A DNA stretch of 64,000 nt from Spirochaetia bacterium (lineage in GTDB: Bacteria; Spirochaetota; Spirochaetia; CAKZLE01). The position numbers were made by a program, and so were the translations under genes. The stretch is taken from assembly GCA_963677595.1 (NCBI GenBank), contig OY782041.1:288001-352000 (forward strand), in the 5' to 3' direction. How positions within the stretch are numbered: the stretch's first letter is position 1; each line of letters starts with the position of its first letter. The notes below the pieces were generated by a model. The model did not search any database and was not told the DNA's origin. It was given only the letters and a program-made list of their open reading frames with translations. Positions 21,444 to 32,260 of this stretch are shown here, in pieces.

Positions 21444-22487
21444 CTAATTGAGTACTTCGACCCAGCCATGCTCCCTGTTGGAACGCCGTGCAGCTTCACA
21501 TACCTGGATGACTGCTAGCCCGTCTTTACCACTCTGGGCAGAGTTATCCGCATTCCGTAAGCTTTCTATGATGGTCTTATGATGGGTATACCCGAAAAAA
21601 GATTTAGCGACATCAGGATAATGCCATGTATACTCCATTGAATCACTTCCACCTTTGCGTGTTGTATACGCTAACGAATGTCCAGTTTCTGGGGTAAAGA
21701 GAAAGATCGTCCCTGATGTCCCATAGATCTCAGCCTCAAACCGCTTCGTCCCGCCAATCTGAGACCATTGAATCTCATGTGATATTGTCGCACCATTACT
21801 CAACCCATATAACATCCAGGCATTTACCTCATTACCAAGCAGGTTCACCTCTTCACGTTCAATCCCTGTAACTGAAGGCTGGCTTTCTTCTTCAAACGTA
21901 AATCGGGAACATACTGTAGAAACTTCCGCACCGGTAAGAAACCGTATCAGGTCTATACCATGGGCCCCGATATCCATGAAGGACCCTCCATAAGACCCGA
22001 CACTTTCCCTCGTGTTCCCGGTAGCATTCCTAAATCGTATGAATTCAATCTCTCCGATTGTTTTTTCTGCAATCAATTTCCTTGCCATCATCGATTCATC
22101 AAAATAATGGTGCATAAAACTGGGGATAATCCTCACATGGTTATCTTGAAAAGCCTGTACAATCTTTCTTCCTTCAGCAACACTCTTCGAGAATGGTTTC
22201 TGCATGAAGACATGCTTCCCAACTTGTGCTGAAGCGATTGCAATCTCAGCATGAGCCTCGATCTTGGTGAAGATACAGACAAGATCTATATCTTCTCTGC
22301 TGAGCACTTCATAATAGTCAGTACAGTATATCTCAGCATGATAGTGTTCTTTTGCCTGTCTTGCCCGCTCCTCAATCAGATCACAGGCTACAATGAACTC
22401 TGCATGCTCTACTTTTGCCAATGCTGGCATATGATAATCATTTGCTATATTCCCGCAGCCTATAACGGCATATCTAATATTCTTCAT
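21444..22487 (-). CDS. Gfo/Idh/MocA oxidoreductase
   Basis: IGCGNIA Rossmann motif, KHVFMQKP and DIGAH. Confidence 0.9.
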   Translation of the reverse strand: MKNIRYAVIGCGNIANDYHMPALAKVEHAEFIVACDLIEERARQAKEHYHAEIYCTDYYEVLSREDIDLVCIFTKIEAHAEIAIASAQVGKHVFMQKPFSKSVAEGRKIVQAFQDNHVRIIPSFMHHYFDESMMARKLIAEKTIGEIEFIRFRNATGNTRESVGSYGGSFMDIGAHGIDLIRFLTGAEVSTVCSRFTFEEESQPSVTGIEREEVNLLGNEVNAWMLYGLSNGATISHEIQWSQIGGTKRFEAEIYGTSGTIFLFTPETGHSLAYTTRKGGSDSMEYTWHYPDVAKSFFGYTHHKTIIESLRNADNSAQSGKDGLAVIQVCEAARRSNREHGWVEVLN

Positions 22488-22498
22488 CTTTTCTTCTC

Positions 22499-23323
22499 CT
22501 ACCTGCTGATGTTTCCCATGCTTCCAAGACCTTTATCCATTGAGGGCTTCACCGAGAAGTAGAACACTATCAACGGGATCAGATAGATAAAGCAGATAGC
22601 GGCCAATAACGAATAGTCGATCTCTCCCGGATCTGTACCAAACGCTGAAAACAATCCAACGGATATCGGGTATTTTGATTTTGAACTAATAAGAATCAAC
22701 GGCATGAGGAACTGACTCCATGAGGACATGAATGACATCATACTCACTGTTGCCAACCCAGGTCTCATCAAGGGGAAGATGATTGAGAAGAACCGTTTCA
22801 GCTTAGAAGCCCCTTCAATCATAGCTGCCTCTTCTATCTCCATGGGTATATTGTCAATAGAACCTTTCATGATCCAGAGATTCAATGGGGTAGCTAACCC
22901 GACAAAGACAAGTACCAGGCCAGAATGTGTATCCATAAGGTTCATCATCAGCATCATACTGAATAGGGGGACCACAAGCAACGTATTCGGGATAATCCTG
23001 CTGAGAAGAATCCCATACATAAGCGTCCCTTTCCCTTTGAATGCCATGCGAGAAAGTGCATACCCGGCAAACCCCGATGTCGAGACTGCGAGAACAACCG
23101 TCGTCAAGGAAATGAATAGACTGTTCTTGATCCACTGGAATACTTCACCGGTAAACAGCGCTTCAAAGCTCTTGAATGTCGGCTCTTTTGGGATCTGGAC
23201 GGAGAGATTTGCTGCCGGATGAATAGATGCAAAAATGATCCAGGTATAGGGAGCCAGTATAATAACCAGAGTTACTCCAAATATGAAATATATGATAGTT
23301 TTTTTTATCAGACTAAATTTCAA
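22499..23323 (-). CDS. Carbohydrate ABC transporter permease
   Basis: Transmembrane helices and EAA loop EEAAMIEGAS. Confidence 0.9.
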   Translation of the reverse strand: MKFSLIKKTIIYFIFGVTLVIILAPYTWIIFASIHPAANLSVQIPKEPTFKSFEALFTGEVFQWIKNSLFISLTTVVLAVSTSGFAGYALSRMAFKGKGTLMYGILLSRIIPNTLLVVPLFSMMLMMNLMDTHSGLVLVFVGLATPLNLWIMKGSIDNIPMEIEEAAMIEGASKLKRFFSIIFPLMRPGLATVSMMSFMSSWSQFLMPLILISSKSKYPISVGLFSAFGTDPGEIDYSLLAAICFIYLIPLIVFYFSVKPSMDKGLGSMGNISR

Positions 23324-24182
23324 CTCTCATACTCCTTATGTAGAACATGCCAAGCAAAAGTGAAATAATAAGAATGATAGTACTAACTGCTCCTGCATAC
23401 CCTAACTGCATATCCTGGAATGCATTATTGTATATAAAAATCGTGAAGACCTCTGTTTTCCCCATAGGCCCTCCCCCTGTCAGCCCATAGATCATATCGA
23501 AGGCTAACAAGGTACTGAACGTACTCACAAGCAACGTCACGAGAATACTGTATTTAATCATTGGCAGCTTGATATGCAAAAGTGTCTGCAGGGTATTGGT
23601 TCCATCAATCTTTGCTGCTTCATAGACACTGACCGGGATATCGGATAGTGCTGAAGAGAGAAGCAGGTAAGCCATCGCTGTCCCACGCGTCCAGTTGACC
23701 AACAGGATGCACATCAGGGGATGTACCTTCAGCCAATCCACAGGATCGTGCCCAAAGAACCCGATGAAGGTGTTAAGCCAACCATACGTTCCATCGAAGA
23801 CGCTGCGCCACATATAGGCAGCGACTAATCCAGGTGTTAACCAGGCTATCAACAACGCAGCTGACACAAGCCCCTTGAACCTTATCTCTTTAAGCCGTAG
23901 AAGATTCGCAAATAAGAATCCGAAAACCAGATGTCCAGAAATGGCTGCAAAGACGAATGATAATGTCACTTTTATGCTGTTCAAGAATGCTACATCTTTG
24001 AACAGACGTTTATAGTTTGCCAATCCAATGAATTTTGTCATCTCACCTGCTGGGGCCCAAAGGTTAAAATTGGTGAACCCCATGATGATGGTCCAAATAA
24101 ATGGGAAAGCAAACAACGCCACCATCAGCAATAAAGATGGCGCAAGTAATCCAATAAATGTTCGCTTTTTCTCAATACTCAC
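23313..24182 (-). CDS. Carbohydrate ABC transporter permease
   Basis: GLANY, YEAAKIDG and TGGGP motifs. Confidence 0.9.
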   Translation of the reverse strand: MSIEKKRTFIGLLAPSLLLMVALFAFPFIWTIIMGFTNFNLWAPAGEMTKFIGLANYKRLFKDVAFLNSIKVTLSFVFAAISGHLVFGFLFANLLRLKEIRFKGLVSAALLIAWLTPGLVAAYMWRSVFDGTYGWLNTFIGFFGHDPVDWLKVHPLMCILLVNWTRGTAMAYLLLSSALSDIPVSVYEAAKIDGTNTLQTLLHIKLPMIKYSILVTLLVSTFSTLLAFDMIYGLTGGGPMGKTEVFTIFIYNNAFQDMQLGYAGAVSTIILIISLLLGMFYIRSMRVEI

Positions 24183-24205
24183 ACTATCCTCCTAGTGGAT
24201 GGGGC

Positions 24206-24238
24206 GATCACTCTGGCCGGACAACGGCCAGGGTGATC
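24206..24238 (-). terminator. Stem-loop after the solute-binding protein gene
   Basis: GATCACTCTGGCCG-GACAA-CGGCCAGGGTGATC hairpin at the usual SBP/permease junction. Confidence 0.55.
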
Positions 24239-24255
24239 TTTCTTGGTTTATAGAA

Positions 24256-25632
24256 TTAGAAAGCGATCTTTGTAATCTGATCCGCGCCTAAAGCATCTTC
24301 TGAGAGCTTTGCATAATTCTCAAGAGCTTCTTCAGCAGTCCATTCGCCTACCATAAGGTGCCCAAGCGCATCAGAGATTCTCTGCTGAGGGCCACTAGCA
24401 TATCCGGGATAGATTCCTGGGCTCAGGTATGTATAGTCCAGCCATGTGCTGATGTCTGATATGAATGCATTCGACTGATAGTTAGGGTTCTCAATTACAT
24501 CAGTTCGTGTGCCAACCTGACCTTTTGCAGCATTGAAGCTTGCCTGCCTGTCAGCTGCTGTCATGAATTCGAGGAATTCATATGCCAGGTCAGGATTCTT
24601 TGATTTTGCCGAGATAGTATAGGCCCATCCACCGGACTGGGTAACATAGTCCTCCCCACGGACACTTGAACCAGGTTCCATTGCCGGCATCTTCACATAC
24701 CCTACGACATCTTCCAGGTTAGGGATCTCATAGCTCTTGCCTTTACCCCAATAAGAAATGTATCCCCAGGGACCATAGCTGCTGATTGCGCCACTTCCAT
24801 CTGCGAAAGCCTGGTATGCCCATTCATCAGCGCTTGCACCCACTCCATGGACTGGATCGATCAACCCTTTTGCTGCTAACTCTTCATAGAATTTAAACGT
24901 ATCATACAGGGGTTTGCTGGAAACGATCCACTTGCCGGTTGATTCATCCATCAGTGTACCGCCTGCGCCATGCAGCAAGAGGTTGAACCTGGTGAACATA
25001 ACCTGGATCCCAGCTTCCTTTCCACCGATGTACAGCAGGGGGGTTACCGTATCAGGGAAGGCTTCCTTGATCTTCACAGCAGCATCGATGATATCCTGCC
25101 AGCTTTTCGGGTTCCAGTCAGCACTCATTCCAGCTTGCACAAACAAGTCTTTTCGGTAGTAGAGAGGGACTGCTGCTGTCTGGAAAGGAATCATATAGGT
25201 ATGTCCGTCAAACCCCATCTTATCTGCAATAGGTTTGAACGTGTATTCCCAAGTATCCGATGTTTTCAGGTAATCATCCAACGGTAACAGGTAACCAGCC
25301 CTCATATAATTCTGGCCTCGCCCAACTTCAACGACAGTCACATCAGCTGCCGTCCCTGATCTCCATAACAAAGTCTTTTTTGTTGCATATTCACCGGAAG
25401 TACCGCCAACGTTGTCCCAATCGACATGAACCGGGGTCCCTTTATCTGCCATCATCTGCTCGAAGTCTGCTATCTCTGCTTCAAGAATCTCCGGGGGAAC
25501 AGGGTTTGTACCTAAATTCATAAAAGAGATCGTAGGAGTCGTATCCTCTTCCTGTCCTCCATTTGCCCATACAGTAAAGCTAACTGCAATCAGCAATACA
25601 AGGATCATACATCGTCTTAGTTTCTTTCGCAT
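24256..25632 (-). CDS. Sugar ABC transporter solute-binding protein
   Basis: Signal peptide, LYYRKDLF, PKSWQD, GGWAYTI and AYEFLEFM family 1 SBP motifs. Confidence 0.9.
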   Translation of the reverse strand: MRKKLRRCMILVLLIAVSFTVWANGGQEEDTTPTISFMNLGTNPVPPEILEAEIADFEQMMADKGTPVHVDWDNVGGTSGEYATKKTLLWRSGTAADVTVVEVGRGQNYMRAGYLLPLDDYLKTSDTWEYTFKPIADKMGFDGHTYMIPFQTAAVPLYYRKDLFVQAGMSADWNPKSWQDIIDAAVKIKEAFPDTVTPLLYIGGKEAGIQVMFTRFNLLLHGAGGTLMDESTGKWIVSSKPLYDTFKFYEELAAKGLIDPVHGVGASADEWAYQAFADGSGAISSYGPWGYISYWGKGKSYEIPNLEDVVGYVKMPAMEPGSSVRGEDYVTQSGGWAYTISAKSKNPDLAYEFLEFMTAADRQASFNAAKGQVGTRTDVIENPNYQSNAFISDISTWLDYTYLSPGIYPGYASGPQQRISDALGHLMVGEWTAEEALENYAKLSEDALGADQITKIAF

Positions 25633-25691
25633 AATTTACTCCTTTTTGTTTATCTTCAACTGGCGCCCTTGTGCATTTGATGTTCAAGTGG

Positions 25692-26948
25692 TTAAAAAGT
25701 AGGACTCATTACCCTGATTTCCTTAGAGTTTATTTCAAGTTCCGGACCTTTGAAAAACTCTTTCTGAATCGGGATAACTGCACCTCGTGCACCAGCATAC
25801 GAATCGTCTAGACTTGCATATTCAACTATCAGATCCTCTCTGAGAATAGGTTGAACATGTTTCTCTATGGTATCTTTGACAAGCTTGAGAAAGCTCTCTC
25901 CACAGGAGACAATACTTCCTCCGATCAAGATGGTATGGGATTCAAGAATGGTAATCAGGTTCGAGATCCCAATACCCAGGTAACGAGCAGCCTCTTCGAG
26001 AACAGGACAGACAACAGGATCGCCTTCTTTATAAAGGCTATAGATTTCCTCTATTGAAATACCTCCATCATCACCAGATCTCTTCTCCTGCAATCGATAG
26101 GCATCAATCACATTCTTGATTACGCCTCTTTCTGACGCATAGGTTTCCAAACAGCCGGAGTTGCCACAAATACACGTTTTCCCATGGCTCTCAACTTTCT
26201 GATGGCTGATAGATCCAGCATTCCCGAACCTTCCACTAATCAGTTCCCCGCTCTGGAAGATAGCGGCGCCAATACCTTCATTGAAAGCAATATATAACAG
26301 GTCATCAGTATCGATGCTTGCATGATGTCCAAACTCGATCTCGGCCAATGCCCTGCTGTCCGTGTCATTAACCAACTGCACCGGCACATGAAAACGCTTT
26401 TGAAACGGATCTATGATAGGAACATTCTTCCAATTCAAGATCCTGGGCGTCATCAAGGAGATCCCATGCACCTGATCGATAAAACCCGAAATAGAGACGC
26501 CAATACCTATGAGTTTTCTCCGATGCCTAGTGTTTGCATTGTTAAGGACTTCATCAACGGCACGTAAGATCATTTCCATGATCAAGGGAGATTCACTTCC
26601 TGTATCAATCTTGAAGCTCTTTCTTTCGATAATATTATCAGCCAGGTCGACAGCAACAATACGTATTCTTGGAATCTCGATATCGACGCCTATAGCGATC
26701 CTGGCATCAGTCTTAAGCTTATAGAGGTCAGGCCTTCTTCCTCCGATAGAATCTCCTTTTCCAATTATCTCGATATAATCATCCTGCAGCAGTTCTTTCA
26801 GTATCTTGGTTACAGTCGGCTTACTGATTCCCGACCCCATCACGATATTATCTACTGATAATGAATCTTGCTGCTTTAACAGCTTGAAAACGATGTACTT
26901 GTTGATCCGTGGGAGAAATTGGCTTTTATTATAGACTCTCTTTTGCAT
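25692..26948 (-). CDS. ROK-family transcriptional repressor
   Basis: N-terminal HTH, GGRRP, VNDT, GIGAA and CICGNSGCLE motifs. Confidence 0.92.
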   Translation of the reverse strand: MQKRVYNKSQFLPRINKYIVFKLLKQQDSLSVDNIVMGSGISKPTVTKILKELLQDDYIEIIGKGDSIGGRRPDLYKLKTDARIAIGVDIEIPRIRIVAVDLADNIIERKSFKIDTGSESPLIMEMILRAVDEVLNNANTRHRRKLIGIGVSISGFIDQVHGISLMTPRILNWKNVPIIDPFQKRFHVPVQLVNDTDSRALAEIEFGHHASIDTDDLLYIAFNEGIGAAIFQSGELISGRFGNAGSISHQKVESHGKTCICGNSGCLETYASERGVIKNVIDAYRLQEKRSGDDGGISIEEIYSLYKEGDPVVCPVLEEAARYLGIGISNLITILESHTILIGGSIVSCGESFLKLVKDTIEKHVQPILREDLIVEYASLDDSYAGARGAVIPIQKEFFKGPELEINSKEIRVMSPTF

Positions 26949-26966
26949 GCTACCCTTCCTGTAAAT

Positions 26967-26993
26967 ACTTTACCTAAACTTATTGACTTAAGT
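26967..26993. promoter_or_regulatory. Candidate ROK operator (copy 1)
   Basis: ACTTT-N17-TAAGT preceded by AAAT; the same arrangement occurs at 28116-28142. Confidence 0.45.
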
Positions 26994-27054
26994 AGGTATA
27001 CGATAATACACCTAATCCCCTACGTCAACATGTTCCCAAAGTGTTACCAGGCAC

Positions 27055-28059
27055 CTACCTTACCAGGACTGCCTTCTCCCTGAATTTTTCTATACAGGCT
27101 ATTGCCTGTAATCCATCTAAACCATTACATGGAGGGACGGTATCCTGCATGATGCAATCTATGAACTCCTGATGTTGCCTCAAACCCATCGGGATATCCT
27201 TCAATTCAGGCTTCTTCATCTCTCCATTCTTCATACACACTGCCAACGTCCCATATCCTGAACGGAGGAACGCACTCCCCTCTTCTCCATGAATCTCAAG
27301 CCAGAATCTGTTACAGTATGCGACCTGGGTCCAGCTCATCTCATGGGAGACCAGAGCCCCAGTCTCCAACCGGTATAATGCATGGGCATAGTCCTCATTA
27401 TCGGGATGGATCACTTCACCGAGTACATACCGTTCAGAAAGGATCTGTCTGGTACTGCAGGAGATTACCTCTTCAATAGCACCAAGCAGATACTGTATCA
27501 GGTCCACTCCATGAACACCGATATCGATCATAACCCCACCCTTACCACACAATCCGCTGTCATACTGCCAGGAAGAGTAATCAGATCCAGGAATTGCATT
27601 CCTGATACGTACCGAATGGATAGTTCCCAAACCGCCATCCTGCAGAAAATCCCTTATCCACCGAGATTCTTCAAAATATCGATGCATATAACTCTGGAAC
27701 AGTTTCACCCCATTACGTTCAGCAGCTTCAATCATATCAGTACATTCTTGAGAGGACGTAGCCATAGGTTTCTGTACGAATATATGCTTCCCAGCTGCAG
27801 CTGCAGCAATGGTCATCTCTTTATGCAGATAGTTTGGGGTCAATATGCATACTGCATCAATAGCCGGATCCAAGAGGAGTTCATGATAATCGGCACACCA
27901 GCCAGCATCAACGCCTGCTGCTGCCTCAGCCTTTGCCGTATCAACATCACAATATGTCGAGATATGAGCCTCAGGAATCAACCGTAACGCATTAATATGA
28001 TAACTACTGATCGACCCGCATCCGATGATTCCTATGTTTACTCTCTTACCCTTCTGCAT
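27055..28059 (-). CDS. Gfo/Idh/MocA oxidoreductase
   Basis: IGCGSIS, TPNYLH, KHIFVQKP and DIGVH motifs. Confidence 0.9.
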   Translation of the reverse strand: MQKGKRVNIGIIGCGSISSYHINALRLIPEAHISTYCDVDTAKAEAAAGVDAGWCADYHELLLDPAIDAVCILTPNYLHKEMTIAAAAAGKHIFVQKPMATSSQECTDMIEAAERNGVKLFQSYMHRYFEESRWIRDFLQDGGLGTIHSVRIRNAIPGSDYSSWQYDSGLCGKGGVMIDIGVHGVDLIQYLLGAIEEVISCSTRQILSERYVLGEVIHPDNEDYAHALYRLETGALVSHEMSWTQVAYCNRFWLEIHGEEGSAFLRSGYGTLAVCMKNGEMKKPELKDIPMGLRQHQEFIDCIMQDTVPPCNGLDGLQAIACIEKFREKAVLVR

Positions 28060-28115
28060 AGCTTCTCCCCTGCAACTTGAACGTAGTATACCATCACTTT
28101 CTATTTAATGCAAAT

Positions 28116-28142
28116 ACTTTTTTATATGCCTTTTACTAAAGT
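28116..28142. promoter_or_regulatory. Candidate ROK operator (copy 2)
   Basis: ACTTT-N17-AAAGT preceded by AAAT, in the divergent promoter region. Confidence 0.45.
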
Positions 28143-28293
28143 TCTTTTATTTTAAAGAGATCTACGTTAGAATATAACTCAGGCAATACACAGCGGTGTA
28201 TTCTTGCGGCAAGAGGTTAGAACCATATTGCATCGATAGCTGCCCCAAAGAACTATACGCTATTGATTATTATATCCTACAGGAGGAAGAACC

Positions 28294-29328
28294 ATGAAGG
28301 CATTAGTTTTGCATAAATCCTTGGAGTTATCGATTGAGGATTTACCACTATACAAAGACCTGGGTGATAATGACATACGGATACGAATCCGAAACGTCGG
28401 TATTTGCGGCAGTGATATCCATTACGTTACCCATGGAGCCATCGGAGACTATGTCGTGAGAGCCCCCATGGTCTTAGGCCATGAAGCTTCTGGGGAAGTG
28501 ATAGAAATTGGGGAACAGGTAACATCACTACAAGTAGGCGATAGGGTGTGTATGGAACCGGGCATACCAAATCAACAGAGTAAAGAGACACGTCTTGGCT
28601 TATACAATCTGGATCCCGATGTAAAATTATGGGCAACCCCACCTGTACATGGCTGCTTATGTGAAACGGTGGTGCATCCTGAATCTCTCACATATAAGCT
28701 GCCGGATACTGTCAGTCTTGAAGAGGGGGCCATGGTTGAGCCGCTGGCAATTGGGCTGCAGGCAGTAAGCAAAGCACATATTAACCTTGGTGATATTGGA
28801 TTGGTTTTTGGGTGTGGAACTATCGGTATCATGGTTGCTCTTGCAGCTCTTGCTGGGGGCTGCAGCAAAGTCTTTATCTCTGACATCAATCAGGAAAAAT
28901 TGAAAATCTTAGAGAATTATAGGAATCTGATACCGGTTAACCCAACTCGAGAAGACCTTCTTAGTAAAGTTAACGAGGATTCTTCAAATTGGGGGGTTGA
29001 TATTGCTTTCGATGCAACCGGAGCACTCTCAATATATAAGGATATACACCGATATGTCTGTCCCGGGGGAAAGGTTGTATTAGTGGGCATCCCCCCTTCC
29101 GGATACGGGGAATTCAATATTTGTGGATTACAGGCTAAAGAAATCACCTTATCAACGGTATTCAGATATGCCCATAAGTTTGAGAAGACAATCAATCTCA
29201 TCTCCTCCGGGGATATCAACGTTAGACCGTTAATCTCTAAAATTTATCCTTTCGAGAAATGCATTGAGGCGTTCCATCATGCGGCGAACCCGGAAAATAC
29301 TGACGTGAAGATCCAGATCTCCCTTTAA
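28294..29328 (+). CDS. Zn-dependent polyol dehydrogenase (xylitol/sorbitol dehydrogenase-like)
   Basis: [33 protein letters not shown] and FRY motifs. Confidence 0.88.
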   Translation: MKALVLHKSLELSIEDLPLYKDLGDNDIRIRIRNVGICGSDIHYVTHGAIGDYVVRAPMVLGHEASGEVIEIGEQVTSLQVGDRVCMEPGIPNQQSKETRLGLYNLDPDVKLWATPPVHGCLCETVVHPESLTYKLPDTVSLEEGAMVEPLAIGLQAVSKAHINLGDIGLVFGCGTIGIMVALAALAGGCSKVFISDINQEKLKILENYRNLIPVNPTREDLLSKVNEDSSNWGVDIAFDATGALSIYKDIHRYVCPGGKVVLVGIPPSGYGEFNICGLQAKEITLSTVFRYAHKFEKTINLISSGDINVRPLISKIYPFEKCIEAFHHAANPENTDVKIQISL

Positions 29329-29387
29329 GACCCTACATACACTGGTATGGATTTGGGATTGTCTATACCATCTTCATCAGGGATTAC

Positions 29388-29413
29388 CCCAATGGGACGT
29401 ATGTCCCATTGGG
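29388..29413. terminator. Hairpin between convergent genes
   Basis: Perfect CCCAATGGGAC-GTAT-GTCCCATTGGG stem. Confidence 0.6.
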
Positions 29414-29472
29414 TATGCGTCTTTTCAGGTTCCCATAGTAGTATGTAAACCCCTTTACAGTTGGGAGGTTCC

Positions 29473-30762
29473 CTACAAGCTTGAGATCATCCCCTCTGCC
29501 GCCCTGATGCCGCTCGCCCAGGCTGCGGTGATGCCCCGGCTCGTGCCGGCACCGTCACCTGCCAGGTATACCCCGTCTGCCACCTTGAAGTGTTTGTCGA
29601 GGTAGGTCGGTTTGTTCGCATAGAGCTTGATCTCAGGGTAATACATGATCGTCGATGGATGGAGGATCCCCGGCACGATGGTATCGAGGCGCTTCATCGC
29701 CTTCCAGATGCTCCGGAGGATCCTCGAGGGCATAGCCAGGGAGATGTCTCCCGGGCAGCAGCTGCGCAGGCTCGGCTCGAAGTCATAGAGGTCGGCATTG
29801 AAGCTTGCAGCCTTGGAGCGTGAACCCATCCGGAAGTCCCCTACCCGCTGCATGAGCGGCATCCCGCCTCCCATAAGCATCGCCTGGATCCCGAGGTTCT
29901 CGGCGAACTGCTGGCCGCTGGCCAGTGGTTCGGTAAGCCCCACGGTGTTCAGCATGGCGAAGTTCACCAGGCCGTTCTCCTTCCCGTGGCTCACCGAGTA
30001 GGCATGACCGTTGACGGAGTTGTAGGGAAGGCCTGATGAGGTCTTGTAGTGCTCCTTCACGACATGGGCGTTCCCGCTGTTGGTACAGAAGGTCCGGACC
30101 TTGTCGGGGAAGTGGAACTTCGGGTCGTAGTAGTCCTTCACGATCGGGTAGTGCTCGATGCGCGTCTCTACCCGAATCCCGATATCCACGATATTGTCGA
30201 TGTAGGGGACTCCAAGGGTATCGAGGGTCTCCTGCAGGAACCTGAACCCCTGCCTTCCCGGGGCAACGAGCAGCATTCCGTAGGAGATGGTACGTTTGTT
30301 CGTCTCGATCTTCCTGGCTGCTGCGTCGATGCCTATCATCTCCTCCTCGAGAGCAAGCTCGACATCCCTGGATGAGAGTTCCTTCTGCAGCTGCTTGATC
30401 AGCTTCAGCCCCCCGTCAGTTCCGAGATGGGTCTGCTTGATCTCCAGCAGCTTCGTATCGAGCCGCTCGGCCCGGTGCTGGTAGATCCCGATCCTCGATT
30501 TCGGCAGGATGGAGGGCTTGAGGAACTCCGAGACCTTGTCGAGGTACTCCTCAGCCTGGTACTCATCCCAGTACTCCTTCGGGAACCCGATGGGATAGGT
30601 GAAGTTCATCTTGCAGTCATTGCGCATACCGCCTGATGAGTATTTGAGTTTATCGAGTATGACGATACTCTTCTGCGGGACCTTCTCGCTCAGTTCGAAG
30701 GCGGTACCCATGCCCGCCGGCCCTGAACCGATGATCACCACATCATATGAATCATGCTTCAT
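29473..30762 (-). CDS. FAD-dependent oxidoreductase (uncharacterised family)
   Basis: IGSGPAG, HLGTD, DIGIRVE, VRTFCTN, VNGH and AGDGAGTSRG motifs. Confidence 0.8.
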   Translation of the reverse strand: MKHDSYDVVIIGSGPAGMGTAFELSEKVPQKSIVILDKLKYSSGGMRNDCKMNFTYPIGFPKEYWDEYQAEEYLDKVSEFLKPSILPKSRIGIYQHRAERLDTKLLEIKQTHLGTDGGLKLIKQLQKELSSRDVELALEEEMIGIDAAARKIETNKRTISYGMLLVAPGRQGFRFLQETLDTLGVPYIDNIVDIGIRVETRIEHYPIVKDYYDPKFHFPDKVRTFCTNSGNAHVVKEHYKTSSGLPYNSVNGHAYSVSHGKENGLVNFAMLNTVGLTEPLASGQQFAENLGIQAMLMGGGMPLMQRVGDFRMGSRSKAASFNADLYDFEPSLRSCCPGDISLAMPSRILRSIWKAMKRLDTIVPGILHPSTIMYYPEIKLYANKPTYLDKHFKVADGVYLAGDGAGTSRGITAAWASGIRAAEGMISSL

Positions 30763-31597
30763 TGCAGTCTCCTGGTTGTGTTTCTGATACTCCCTCTGGA
30801 GGATTGAAGATCGTATTGCCTTCTATCGCTGATATCCTCTGCATCGAGTCGATCGAGAGGTGGAAGTCGAATATATCTATGTTCTGCTCGATCCGATCCC
30901 GGTGGGTCGACTTCGGCAGGGGGATGATTCCCAGCTGGTAGTGCCATCTCAGGACTACCTGTGAAGGGCTCTTGCCCACTGACTCCGCGATCTCGATGAT
31001 CACGGGGTCCGTGAAGATATTCCCCCGCCCAAGGGGTGCGGATGCAGACACATGGATCCCGTGCCGGTCGCAGTACCGCCTGAGGTCATCCCGAGCGAAT
31101 CCCGGGTGGATCTCCACCTGGTTGATCATCGGCTTGATATGGTTGGACTCCACGATCTCACGGAGGTGGCTGCAGGAGAAGTTGCTCACCCCGATCGATC
31201 GCACCTTCCCCTCCGCGTAGAGTCTCTCCAAAGCCATCCAGGTACTCATGGTACGCTCAGTCGGCCAATGGATGAGATAGAGGTCAAGGTAGTCGGTCCC
31301 GAGCGCCTTGCAGGAACGCTCGAACGCCTTGAGGGTCCCGTCGTACCCGTCCTCATCGAACCAGACCTTGCTGGTGATGAACAGCTCATCCCTCGGGATC
31401 TCCAACTGGCGGATCGCGGCCCCGATCTCCGTCTCGTTCTCATAGAACGAGGCGGTGTCTATATGCCGGTACCCCGTCTCATAGGCTGCCCGGATCGCCT
31501 CGAGGACAGCCGTCTTCCCATTGATCTTATAGGTCCCGAAGCCGATCGCGGGCATGGTCACCCCATTCCCGATCGGTATATCGTTAGGATCGTTCAT
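30752..31597 (-). CDS. Aldo/keto reductase
   Basis: GYRHIDTA, FITSKVW, DLYLIHWP, IGVSNF and PLPKS motifs. Confidence 0.93.
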   Translation of the reverse strand: MNDPNDIPIGNGVTMPAIGFGTYKINGKTAVLEAIRAAYETGYRHIDTASFYENETEIGAAIRQLEIPRDELFITSKVWFDEDGYDGTLKAFERSCKALGTDYLDLYLIHWPTERTMSTWMALERLYAEGKVRSIGVSNFSCSHLREIVESNHIKPMINQVEIHPGFARDDLRRYCDRHGIHVSASAPLGRGNIFTDPVIIEIAESVGKSPSQVVLRWHYQLGIIPLPKSTHRDRIEQNIDIFDFHLSIDSMQRISAIEGNTIFNPPEGVSETQPGDCNEA

Positions 31598-32165
31598 CCG
31601 TTTGCTCCTTCTCTTCCTTCCTCATGCTGAACTCGCATCCGCAGTACTCCTGCCGGTAGAGCCCATATGCTTTGCTGAGCTCTATACTCCGGTAGAACCC
31701 GCCCTTCTTCTTGAAATCATCAGTGACGAACCCATCCATACCTTCAGCCTCTGCGAATATCTGGGAGGAGCGCTTGTGGGGGCTTATGGTGAGGGTCGTA
31801 GAGAATCTCGGGATCCCAAGCTCCTCAGCCTTCAGCTTCGTCCTGTACAGGCTGTATGCGAAGCAGAGGGAACAGCGTGACCCCTTCTCCGGTTCCTGTT
31901 CATACCCCTTGATGTGAGACAGCCACGCATCATGGTCATACGCATCGACCACCAGTTCGAGAGAGTAGATCCCGGCCATGCGTTCCGCCTCCCCGAGTCG
32001 TTTCTCATACTCTGCTTCCGGGTAGATGTTGGAGTTCGAATAGAAGAGAACCACCTCCTCGCCGCGTTCGATGAGGCGTTCTATTGAGCCTGATGCGCAC
32101 GGGGCGCAGCAGACATGGAGGAGATACTGATCGATTCTACCGCTGTTTGACATTTCGCTACACAT
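31584..32165 (-). CDS. queH: Epoxyqueuosine reductase QueH (DUF208)
   Basis: LLHVCCAPC, NSNIYP, RCSLC, TTLTISPHK and LYRQEYCGC motifs. Confidence 0.88.
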   Translation of the reverse strand: MCSEMSNSGRIDQYLLHVCCAPCASGSIERLIERGEEVVLFYSNSNIYPEAEYEKRLGEAERMAGIYSLELVVDAYDHDAWLSHIKGYEQEPEKGSRCSLCFAYSLYRTKLKAEELGIPRFSTTLTISPHKRSSQIFAEAEGMDGFVTDDFKKKGGFYRSIELSKAYGLYRQEYCGCEFSMRKEEKEQTDERS

Positions 32166-32216
32166 TATACATGATTATCCCGGTTTGGTAACCACCGGAG
32201 GTCCCCCTGCGCACGA

Positions 32217-32238
32217 GAAGCCGGGTCTCCCCGGCTTC
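32217..32238 (-). terminator. Hairpin downstream of ndk
   Basis: GAAGCCGGG-TCTC-CCCGGCTTC stem. Confidence 0.45.
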
Positions 32239-32260
32239 CGCTCGTCATCCCGTCAGCTTG

